Origin: Bacteroidota bacterium
GTDB taxonomy: Bacteria; Bacteroidota; Bacteroidia; NS11-12g; UBA9320
Direction: 5' to 3'
Assembly (NCBI GenBank): GCA_002746305.1
Contig: NVWV01000004.1
Coordinates: 5,614 to 69,613, forward strand
DNA length: 64,000 nt
Below the pieces are notes generated by a model. The model was not told the DNA's origin, did no database searches, and worked only from the letters and a program-made list of their open reading frames with translations. Of this stretch, positions 37,203 through 45,439 are shown piece after piece; positions within the stretch are counted from its first letter, which is position 1, and every line of letters begins with the position of its first letter. The position numbers and the translations under genes are program-made.

Positions 37203-37297
37203 GATTCTTAGGTGCTTTGTTTCTTAGAAGCTTAGCCTGAAAATCTCGTGTTATACATCTGACATCTCAATACTCCAATCTCACATCTAGCAATCTT
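37203..37297. repeat. Periodic low-complexity repeat element, copy 2
   Basis: CTTAG/CTTTG at period 8 (37207, 37215, 37223, 37231), then ACATCTCAATACTC..CACATCTAGCAATCT, as in copy 1. Confidence 0.75.
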
Positions 37298-38987
37298 AAG
37301 CCTTTAAAGAAAAAATCTGATCCAAAATCTTTTCGGTAATTAGGTACGTTGGTTTAACACCGCTTGTGCCCAATCCTCCACTAGCAAGAGTACTACCTGT
37401 TTCCAGAGGGTTGTCCGAAGCGTAGTATGCATAGTTTACAACTACATCTGGACTAATGCTCTTACGAATTTTCGACGCCGCTTGTATGGCTTTTTGGTAA
37501 TGAGCTCCTTCCATTTCTAGGCCAATAACACCCCATGTACTACGGTGGAAATAGCGGAGTACATCCCTGTTTTGTAGAGAAGTTCCCAATACAGAAACCA
37601 TAGCACCGTCATAAACTCCAATTCCATGACCTTCTAAATCTTGTTTACTAAGTCCATTCTCAAGAGGGTAGTTGTCCGCCGTTCCTTCAAAAATATGAGC
37701 AGATGGAATCATAATATCACTCTTGCCACCTTCCAGAATTCCTGCCTTTCCCATCACAGAAATGGATACTATATTTAGGTATTTGGTTGTTTCCTCATCT
37801 GGTTTGAAAGGTTTAAGTAATTCGTCCATGGTCTCATACGCTTGCTCCCCAAATGCATAATCCATGACAACAATTACAGGTTTGTCTTCGGTTTTGAGGT
37901 CTTTTATACTTTTAGCGTATTCTCCAGATTTATAATGGGCGGTATCAAAAATTTGGACATTGATATTGGTTCCGCTTTCATCTTTGATATAAATCAAACC
38001 TTCATTCTGAGCAACCTTTTTCACTGCTCCTCGGTGTTGGTCACTAGAACTCAACTCTTCAAAAATGTCAAGATTACTGTGGTCCTTTAGTTTGTTTTTA
38101 AGAGCTGAAGGAGCGTATAACGTGTTAAGGACACTATGCATGTTTGCACTAACTATATGGATAGGACGCTTCAACAGATTGTGTTTGTCCAACTCTTCTT
38201 TTATATTATTGGCCCAAATCTCTCCATGAATATGCTGACCAAGTCGCTCTCGAAGAACAGAACTAAAGGTGATAGTTCGCTTATTGTTTTGTAAGTGACC
38301 ATCTATTGCTTTTTTGCCTAGCCAATATACAATATGCAAAAAGCGTTCAGGATTTTCGCTATTGCTAAACTGTTCATAAACCTCAGATACCTCTTTAAAA
38401 GTTCTTCCTAAAATACTCGCAGTGTGAGATAGAGCTGTTTCACACTCGTCATTGGAAAGCCTCTTTTTTTGCATTACAGCTTCTTCCAGCTTTTGCCAAT
38501 CACGGTTTACATCACCTTTATCATTGATAACGACTTGCTTCATGATTTTGTAGCTTTCTATGAATAAGAAGGTAAGGTGGGTAAGAATATCATAAATCTC
38601 CGACCGACCACGGGTAATCTCAATATTCATTTGATCGGCATCTATCCGGTAGCAGTTACGTCTCCTTTTGGGTGGTATAATGGTTTCGAAATGAGAGTCC
38701 TTGAATCCTTCATCACTAGTTAAATTGATAAATCGACACTCCTCTATCCCAATGGGTAAACGGTCTATCACATAGAGTAGTCCCGCAAGTTCCACCTTGT
38801 CTTTGGCAATGCTGCCGTATATCTCAGGTTGCAAAGTAAGAAGAGCCTCTCGGAGGGTCTCTCCACTTACACCCATAGGTTTATAAAAACCACGATTAAA
38901 GAGGTGACGCATGGTCACAAAAAGTCGTTGTATGGCTCCCGTACTTTCTTGTGCCCGAGTTCGAGAGTGTGCTGTGATATTCTTCAT
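37296..38987 (-). CDS. Conserved Bacteroidota protein (DUF6909-like) with a C-terminal nucleoside-phosphorylase-like domain
   Basis: RRRNCYRID, SANMHS, DYAFGEQA, MGKAGIL.G, GLEMEG, YASDNPL..G.TL motifs. Confidence 0.65.
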   Translation of the reverse strand: MKNITAHSRTRAQESTGAIQRLFVTMRHLFNRGFYKPMGVSGETLREALLTLQPEIYGSIAKDKVELAGLLYVIDRLPIGIEECRFINLTSDEGFKDSHFETIIPPKRRRNCYRIDADQMNIEITRGRSEIYDILTHLTFLFIESYKIMKQVVINDKGDVNRDWQKLEEAVMQKKRLSNDECETALSHTASILGRTFKEVSEVYEQFSNSENPERFLHIVYWLGKKAIDGHLQNNKRTITFSSVLRERLGQHIHGEIWANNIKEELDKHNLLKRPIHIVSANMHSVLNTLYAPSALKNKLKDHSNLDIFEELSSSDQHRGAVKKVAQNEGLIYIKDESGTNINVQIFDTAHYKSGEYAKSIKDLKTEDKPVIVVMDYAFGEQAYETMDELLKPFKPDEETTKYLNIVSISVMGKAGILEGGKSDIMIPSAHIFEGTADNYPLENGLSKQDLEGHGIGVYDGAMVSVLGTSLQNRDVLRYFHRSTWGVIGLEMEGAHYQKAIQAASKIRKSISPDVVVNYAYYASDNPLETGSTLASGGLGTSGVKPTYLITEKILDQIFSLKA

Positions 38988-39093
38988 TAAGTAAGTGTAT
39001 TTAGGTATTGTTGTTGACTATAACGTTTTAGAAACGTCCTCAGTACCACAAAGATACATCATTACAAATGACTATACTTTTAGCTTAATGTTA

Positions 39094-39744
39094 TCAAGGA
39101 AGCACCCAGCAATAAATAGACATAAAATGGCCAAAACTTCCAGCCAGTACAAAAACATGGAATTTGGCGTGGTTGTATTTAACTCGATGTGGTAAGCTGT
39201 ATAGAATAGCACCAATACAATAAGCTATTCCTCCTCCCAAAAGCCACCATAATCCAGATGTAGCGAGATTAGCAAGAAGAGGTTTAATGGCAAAGAGGGC
39301 CATCCATCCCATGAATACATACATCCAGGTGCTTAGTTTATCGTACCGGCCTGTAAAAAAAAGTTTAAGAACAACGCCGATTAAACCAAATGCCCAGATT
39401 GAGATTAACAATGCCATGCCTGTTTTTCCTTCTAAAGTGATCAAGCAAATTGGGGTATATGTTCCCGCAATTAATACATAAATAGAAGCGTGGTCAAAAA
39501 TGTTTAATCGATTCCGAAGTTTTGGTTTTTTAGCACTGTGGTACAAAGTAGACGCAGCATAAAGAATCATTAAGGAAAAGCCATAAATAGCACAGCTTAA
39601 GGTGTAAGTGCTGTTCTGAAATACATTTATTTTGAGCAGTAGCATTGTCGTAGCGACAATACTCAACACAAAACCGAAGCCATGAGAAATAATATTGAAT
39701 TTTTCTTCGATAGGAGGATATACGGTCGCTTGGTAAGGTTTCAT
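39094..39744 (-). CDS. Hemolysin III / PAQR family membrane protein
   Basis: EE..N..SHG, STLYH, DHASIY.LIAGTYTP, HAKFHVFV..G...H. Confidence 0.9.
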   Translation of the reverse strand: MKPYQATVYPPIEEKFNIISHGFGFVLSIVATTMLLLKINVFQNSTYTLSCAIYGFSLMILYAASTLYHSAKKPKLRNRLNIFDHASIYVLIAGTYTPICLITLEGKTGMALLISIWAFGLIGVVLKLFFTGRYDKLSTWMYVFMGWMALFAIKPLLANLATSGLWWLLGGGIAYCIGAILYSLPHRVKYNHAKFHVFVLAGSFGHFMSIYCWVLP

Positions 39745-39815
39745 GAAGTATACAGCAAAGATGAATCAATTAATCTTGAAGTAATAACAACCCCTGAAGA
39801 TTAATTGATATTAAA

Positions 39816-39840
39816 TAACAAAATCCCCTTTCGGGGATTC
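39816..39840 (-). terminator. Intrinsic terminator
   Basis: Minus strand AATCCCC-GAAA-GGGGATT-TTGTT. Confidence 0.7.
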
Positions 39841-39876
39841 TGCATGTTTAACCGCTTAAAATAAACTAATCAAAAA

Positions 39877-40770
39877 TTATCTAGTAACAGTTCCCGTTGG
39901 ATTTGTATTGGTTATGTTGTTATCCAAAGTAAGAGCAGTACGTGTAGCCGCATTATCAAGCTTGGTAACCAGTGGCTTAAGTAAAAATGGAGCAGCACTA
40001 TTATCTGGTACAGGCTCTACAGATATTACTATAGTAGCACTAGTTAAGTCTGTTGGGAAGGTTAATCCATCGGGAGCGTTTATTAGGAAGTCTTCACCTG
40101 GAAATGGTGGAGCCATGAAAGTTCCGCTAAACGCACTAGAAGCATCATTTCCACTTACAGATGTAAATGTACCCGTAGATATAGGAGTTCCATCAATTAC
40201 TGCCCATCCTTCGTATGCCCATCCTTCAGGTAGTACAGGAAGATTTAAACCAGCAGCCGGTCCAGCATCTGGATCTAAAAACCAAACTCCACTTTCTTCA
40301 TTCATGTCATCATTATCATCCGTAGGTGTAGCCAGAATAAATGTACCTGCGGCACTTACAAAATCTGTACCTAATGCAGCACCATCACCAATAGATAACG
40401 TAGCATTTGTACCGCTAAAATCTCCTGCTAGAATGTGTACTTTACTAGGAGTTGGGTCACTATCTGGATTTGGCTCAATAGTTAATACATACTTGGTAGC
40501 TAAATCTAAATCTGCAATAGGAAGTGAGAATGAAGTTTGAGAGGCATTGCCTTCGGAGTCTACTGTAAATAATCCAGCAGAAATAGGTGTGCCGTCTACA
40601 ATAATCCATCCTTCATACCTAAAGTCAGGTCCAAGATCTTCTAGACCAGATAAGTCAATAGTTAAATTTTTAGTAGTTGCTGCAGTTGGTGTTTCGTCGT
40701 CGTCTTTACATCCCGTAAATGTAACAACTCCTAAAAGAGTCATTAAAAGGATAGCGTTAATTTTTTTCAT
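39877..40770 (-). CDS. Lipoprotein with two tandem RskA-C-like domains
   Basis: Lipobox FTGC followed by KDDDE; repeated L..L..(D/G)..YEGW...DGTPIS.G.F and (L/I)(T/S)(I/V)EP.PD...P motifs. Confidence 0.65.
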   Translation of the reverse strand: MKKINAILLMTLLGVVTFTGCKDDDETPTAATTKNLTIDLSGLEDLGPDFRYEGWIIVDGTPISAGLFTVDSEGNASQTSFSLPIADLDLATKYVLTIEPNPDSDPTPSKVHILAGDFSGTNATLSIGDGAALGTDFVSAAGTFILATPTDDNDDMNEESGVWFLDPDAGPAAGLNLPVLPEGWAYEGWAVIDGTPISTGTFTSVSGNDASSAFSGTFMAPPFPGEDFLINAPDGLTFPTDLTSATIVISVEPVPDNSAAPFLLKPLVTKLDNAATRTALTLDNNITNTNPTGTVTR

Positions 40771-41076
40771 TTAATTGCTTAAGTTATATTATTCAGTGAT
40801 GCCTACTTCTGTGGTGAGTCGCTTTTCGGCTAATTCCGACTATGGCAGAACATACGTAAGAATTAAAAACAACTTACATCATCATTTTATGACAAAGAGT
40901 GACTTTAGAAGGTGTTGAATAGGTAATCAATTGATACTTAAAATATAAGTGTGTTTAAAACGTTTTTCATTATTTTTTTAAGGAGTATTTCTATGACATA
41001 AAGAGGTTTTTTGGATGACAATGGGGTGACTACGCAAAAAATATCTTCTGTATTGATTAAATTTGAATTTGTCCAG

Positions 41077-41093
41077 ATTAATGCGACAGAACC
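41077..41093 (-). repeat. 17-bp inverted repeat, left copy (IS6-family-like end)
   Basis: ATTAATGCGACAGAACC is 16/17 identical to the reverse complement of 43610-43626. Confidence 0.7.
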
Positions 41094-41214
41094 ACCATAA
41101 TTAGCTTCCTCCTAACCCTGGTTATTTCAATTCATTTTTATTCGTCAGAGTATTGTCATTTGTCTTGCGAGCTTGCAACCTTTTAGTTCTACAATGTCTA
41201 ATCTAATAACAGCT

Positions 41215-43590
41215 ATGAAAATAATATCCATACAAATTATCTTACTAGTTTTTTGTTTTCAATCTTCCAATTTACTATTTGCCCAGTACAATACTCCATC
41301 TCACTCTAAAGGTGTTTGTTATAAATTGGGAACGACTGAACATCTGGGAAAAGCAACTCTAAGCGAAGTACATATATTTAACGAATACACTACTACATTT
41401 TTTAAGAATGAAATTCAATCAAGTTGCCTAGATACGAATACTTCCGGAGGACACTATCAACTCAATAGTTCAGATACTGATTTCTATTTGACTGCTAACT
41501 TTAATTATACAATAAGAGTTATGGCTACAAACCCTGATGCGACTAATGATTTAGTAGCCTGTGCAGTCTGGCTAGACTTAAATGGTGATAGTGCTTTCTC
41601 TACAAGCGAACTCATATCCCCTGCTGCTTGGAAAGTGAAACCCGATGAATTTGCAGAGTTTTCTTTTGTAGTTCCCAACTCTATTAATACAGAGAATGCT
41701 CGAATGAGGATAAGAACAGAGAAAGGTTCTAACATCTCCACTCCTTCAGATTTTACAGGTACACTAGAATATGGCCAAACATTAGACGTCACTTATCGTC
41801 AATTTAATAAAACTCAATATGAAGCCAACTTTTGGGTATTAGATACTGCTTTTGTTGGATCACCTGTTTTCTTTTCCAATGCAAATGAGATAATTGATAG
41901 CGTAGGGTACATTTGGACTGTTGATGGTGCCCGCTATACTAATATCCATGAAGTCGTCCAAATTTTTGCATCTCCGGGAGCTTATGAAATAAAACTGGTA
42001 AGTTTTGATTCTACTACTAATCAAAAAGATAGTATCGTCAAAAACCTCGTGGTAGTTAGTGCCAATGAAGTGCCTATTCCCCGATTTAATATTCAACCCA
42101 AAACTATATCACTTAATGGTTCGGTTGACATAAATAGCATAAGTCAAAACTATGAATACTATAATAAGTATCGCATATCTCAAGATTCAATAGTTTATTA
42201 TTCGGAATCCAATTTCCCAAATTCATTTCCCTTTTGGCAAAGGACTATAGGTGGAAATCTTACTGGGGGTGCTTGGCAAGTCTGTATGAAGTCAGCTAAT
42301 CTACTTGACACATCGGATTGGTACTGTGAGGATCGTGCTTTGTATGTTGGTATAGACACCTTTGCTCCTGTTATCACCATTATTGGGATGAGTAACACCA
42401 CTATTAATGTATATACTTCTTATACTGACCAAGGAGCCTCAGCTTACGATGATAGTATGGGCGTAATAAATCATAGAATTACTACTTCAGGGACCGTTGA
42501 TACTAGTACCATCGGTGACTACACTATAACTTATACCGTGTCAGACACAGCGGGTAATACAACTACAGAAACAAGAATAGTTAGAGTAAGAGACTTGGAA
42601 ATGCCAGAGTTAACCTACTTAGGAACAGATACCTTATATCTAGAACAAGATTCAGTATTTACAAGTCCAGGTGCTTCTGTTGCAGATAATTATGATATAA
42701 ATTTAGATTCTTTAATTCAGCACATTACCAATATTGACATTACCGTAGCAGGGGTATATTGGGAGAAATTTTGGGTGACAGACTCTTCAGGCAACACTAG
42801 TGACACTCTTCATATAACCTTATATGTACTGTCAGATATGATGCCTCCAGTATTAACACTCATTGGTGCTTCCGATACCACCATAGAAGTTTATTCAATG
42901 TGGACTGACCCTGGAGTTATTGCAATAGACATTAAATACGGGGATATTTCTGACTCTGTTAGTGTCTCTGGTGGTGTAAATGTCAATATTCTCGAGGATT
43001 ATGTAATCACTTATAATGTTCGAGATAGTTATGGGAAGCCCAGCTCAATTACAAGAACCGTTCATGTAGTAGATACAGAAATTCCTGTAATCTCTAGTAA
43101 TAATGATAGTCTGATTAGGATTCTAGTCAACACTTCATATGACCCAAAAGATCATATTAAACTAACAGATAACTATGATCATCCAGATAGTCTTCAAAAG
43201 AATCTAACTATCATATATAACGATGTTGATGTAACTACTCTAGGGTTGTATTCTACCGTATTTCAAGTAGCAGATCGAAGTGGGAACGTATCAAATAACT
43301 TCACATTGTACACTAGTGTACAACAATCTTTAGGTATTAACGAGCTAGTGAATGACGAAGCATTCCTTCTTTATCCCAACCCAAGTTCAGGTAATGTTCA
43401 TATCAAATCTACTAACCAAAAACCCATAACCGAGATTACACTTGTCAATAGTTTGGGCCAAAAAATTTATAATGAGAGTTTTAATAGCCCTGAAGTACAA
43501 CTTGACTTGAATTCTTTGACTAGCGGTATGTATTTGGTGAAGATTAATTCCGATGGCGTTAGAATTAATAAAAAGCTGATTGTTAAGTAG
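41215..43590 (+). CDS. T9SS-secreted protein: GEVED-like domain, PKD, and four DUF5011-like Ig repeats
   Basis: Signal FA|Q; VWLDLNGD..F..SE, RMRIR, YGQTLD; repeated D..(A/P)PV.T..G...Y.D.GA.A.D..ITY.V.D..GN; CTD LYPNPS...GMYLV..KKLIVK. Start set at ATG 41215. Confidence 0.8.
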   Translation: MKIISIQIILLVFCFQSSNLLFAQYNTPSHSKGVCYKLGTTEHLGKATLSEVHIFNEYTTTFFKNEIQSSCLDTNTSGGHYQLNSSDTDFYLTANFNYTIRVMATNPDATNDLVACAVWLDLNGDSAFSTSELISPAAWKVKPDEFAEFSFVVPNSINTENARMRIRTEKGSNISTPSDFTGTLEYGQTLDVTYRQFNKTQYEANFWVLDTAFVGSPVFFSNANEIIDSVGYIWTVDGARYTNIHEVVQIFASPGAYEIKLVSFDSTTNQKDSIVKNLVVVSANEVPIPRFNIQPKTISLNGSVDINSISQNYEYYNKYRISQDSIVYYSESNFPNSFPFWQRTIGGNLTGGAWQVCMKSANLLDTSDWYCEDRALYVGIDTFAPVITIIGMSNTTINVYTSYTDQGASAYDDSMGVINHRITTSGTVDTSTIGDYTITYTVSDTAGNTTTETRIVRVRDLEMPELTYLGTDTLYLEQDSVFTSPGASVADNYDINLDSLIQHITNIDITVAGVYWEKFWVTDSSGNTSDTLHITLYVLSDMMPPVLTLIGASDTTIEVYSMWTDPGVIAIDIKYGDISDSVSVSGGVNVNILEDYVITYNVRDSYGKPSSITRTVHVVDTEIPVISSNNDSLIRILVNTSYDPKDHIKLTDNYDHPDSLQKNLTIIYNDVDVTTLGLYSTVFQVADRSGNVSNNFTLYTSVQQSLGINELVNDEAFLLYPNPSSGNVHIKSTNQKPITEITLVNSLGQKIYNESFNSPEVQLDLNSLTSGMYLVKINSDGVRINKKLIVK

Positions 43591-43609
43591 TGTTAATGCC
43601 ACATTAGAA

Positions 43610-43626
43610 GGTTCTGTTGCATTAAT
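43610..43626 (+). repeat. 17-bp inverted repeat, right copy (IS6-family-like end)
   Basis: GGTTCTGTTGCATTAAT; IS257/IS431 ends begin GGTTCTGTTGCAAA. Confidence 0.7.
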
Positions 43627-43779
43627 ACTCTCCGTTTTCAGAAGTAGCAGATTTATTATTTTTTAGAATAAATAATTCTTTTCATATAAGTTGTTTATCC
43701 ATAAGAATGTGTTTTTCACAAATTGTATCCATTTATAAACTGTGAATACCATACTGTTATTTTAATGCGTTCAGGTAAT

Positions 43780-44523
43780 ATGAAAATCTGTTTTTTGCTA
43801 TTGACATTCATTTTATGCCATAATACTGCTACCGCACAGAGGGATTCCATAGCATTAGAAGTGTTCGTGCTCTCGCCTTTTAATAATCAAACCTTTGATC
43901 TTTCGAGAAAAATTGGAGTTAAAATAGGAAACAAAACAAGTGAACATAAATTTTCTATAGCCTACAGCTGCTTAACAAATACATCCAATTGGAGTCATTT
44001 CTACAACGATAAATCTACTTCATGGACAAATAATGTACTTATCTTATATGACTATAGCGATACAACTCCTGCTCGATCAAGGAATGGTCAAATAGAGACA
44101 ATATCCCATGGAATAACGTTGGGATGGAGCCATGAGTCTGTTTATGGAAACGTATCCATTTATGGAGGAATAGGTCTAAGCGTATTTGTTAACCATATAA
44201 CGGTATTTCAAACCAGTTCAAACGCTTTTATATCTAAAGGAATGATTGACATTCTTCCACAGGGCATCAGCGTTGCGGAAGCAGGACTGAGGTATAAAGA
44301 TATAAAAATCACCTCAGATGTAAAGCTTAGATCCTTGGTTCCTGCGGTTAATTTTGAGAGTGGGATAGTTTTCAAGTGTGGTGCTAATTTTAAGTTGATT
44401 CCTATTTTGAATTGGGGGCTATATCTGCATGACAATCGAATAACATCAGGAGAGCTTTATGCAAGAAGAACTAATCTGAGGCTAGATTTAAGACCTGCTT
44501 TGCAGTTCTCATATGAAATTTAA
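43780..44523 (+). CDS. Hypothetical exported protein, possible outer-membrane beta-barrel
   Basis: Signal MKICFLLLTFILCHNTATA|Q; alternating amphipathic strands; C-terminal LQFSYEI. Confidence 0.55.
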   Translation: MKICFLLLTFILCHNTATAQRDSIALEVFVLSPFNNQTFDLSRKIGVKIGNKTSEHKFSIAYSCLTNTSNWSHFYNDKSTSWTNNVLILYDYSDTTPARSRNGQIETISHGITLGWSHESVYGNVSIYGGIGLSVFVNHITVFQTSSNAFISKGMIDILPQGISVAEAGLRYKDIKITSDVKLRSLVPAVNFESGIVFKCGANFKLIPILNWGLYLHDNRITSGELYARRTNLRLDLRPALQFSYEI

Positions 44524-44561
44524 TCAATCATCATATCTCGAGTGTCTTAAAATCAAGTTTT

Positions 44562-45341
44562 CTAATCTCTCACCCCCAACATCCAACCCAAAACACCTTC
44601 ACATTTAGAAAGACAAGCAGGATAGAAATGCTTGTGGATTCTGGAGATAGTATTAGAACTAGGAGGAGATCCCCACCAAAACTCTGCCATGGAGATCGGT
44701 TTTAAATTATGTTGGTAGGCATATTGAAGTAATTTAGGAGCAGCACATTCTCCGGCACCAGAGGGGGGATTACTACCAAATATCTCATATGGGCTACGTA
44801 TTTCTCCATTGCAGTTCAAGAATTTGTAGGATTCAAATAATTGATGTTGCAAAGACTGGGACAGTGATTTGCGTTTTTCTTTGAGACTAAGAAGTTGAAG
44901 ATTGGCCTTACAACCTGCCAGTTGGAGCTCCTTTACCTCGTCATTAATCACTTTGAGTTGCTTCATGCCAGAGTTTAGAAATCCGTTGTCTACAAGTGAA
45001 TCATATACAGGAGGAACGAAATAGGAGTGGTGATTGCTGTTAGCCAATTTTCCGCTGAAAGCAGACAGAAAAGCGAGTTCCTTTTCGGGAGTTTGCACCA
45101 CCAGTACTCCAAACATCTTGCCAATGGCTTTGAGATTAACTCCTTCATTCCCAAAATCCAATCCAAAGTTATGTTTCCATTCTGTTTGACTTTTTAAATG
45201 TTCATGAAGTTGTTCAGATGCTGTTAAACACAATGGATGTGGCTCGTAATTGAAAGGGTCATTGAGTTGTTCAGGCAATGATATATCGCTTAAGTCTTTT
45301 TGAAAAGCAATGAGTTTATGCACGGTATTTTGTTTCGTCAT
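44562..45341 (-). CDS. Stand-alone TrcP-like N-terminal (cytidine deaminase-like) domain, without a pseudouridine synthase domain
   Basis: PF.YEPHPLC, GKMFGVLVV, AFSG, FVPPVYD, PPSGAGECAAPKLLQYAY, MAEFWWG, YPAC..KC motifs of the N-terminus of long RluA-fusion proteins. Stop follows immediately; no HRLD motif. Confidence 0.7.
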   Translation of the reverse strand: MTKQNTVHKLIAFQKDLSDISLPEQLNDPFNYEPHPLCLTASEQLHEHLKSQTEWKHNFGLDFGNEGVNLKAIGKMFGVLVVQTPEKELAFLSAFSGKLANSNHHSYFVPPVYDSLVDNGFLNSGMKQLKVINDEVKELQLAGCKANLQLLSLKEKRKSLSQSLQHQLFESYKFLNCNGEIRSPYEIFGSNPPSGAGECAAPKLLQYAYQHNLKPISMAEFWWGSPPSSNTISRIHKHFYPACLSKCEGVLGWMLGVRD

Positions 45342-45374
45342 CCTGAGTGGACCTGATAGCAATCGGGTCGAAGG
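45337..45374. repeat. REP-like element overlapping the start codon of the deaminase-like gene
   Basis: GTCATCCTGAGTGGA-CCTGATAGCAATCGGG-TCGAAGG has the same GTCAnnnTGAG..GTCGAA skeleton as 37164-37193, with an internal hairpin. Confidence 0.5.
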
Positions 45375-45439
45375 TAATTAGGAAAAATTAAAACGGGAGC
45401 ATTTCAATCTCTGGTTATCAGATTCAGTATACTATGTAC

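Noticed and set aside
36668-37297. Repeats as a possible CRISPR array
   Set aside because: Units are 7-8 bp with no unique 30-40-bp spacers, and there are no cas genes in the window.
39908-40540. 210-aa plus-strand ORF
   Set aside because: Antisense shadow of the lipoprotein gene 39877-40770, which has a lipobox, an internal domain duplication and a terminator.
40880-41076. Possible IS6 transposase remnant beside the left inverted repeat (and at 43627-43779 beside the right one)
   Set aside because: I found no ORF or recognisable IS6 transposase motif and no partner outer repeat by eye, so no mobile element is called.
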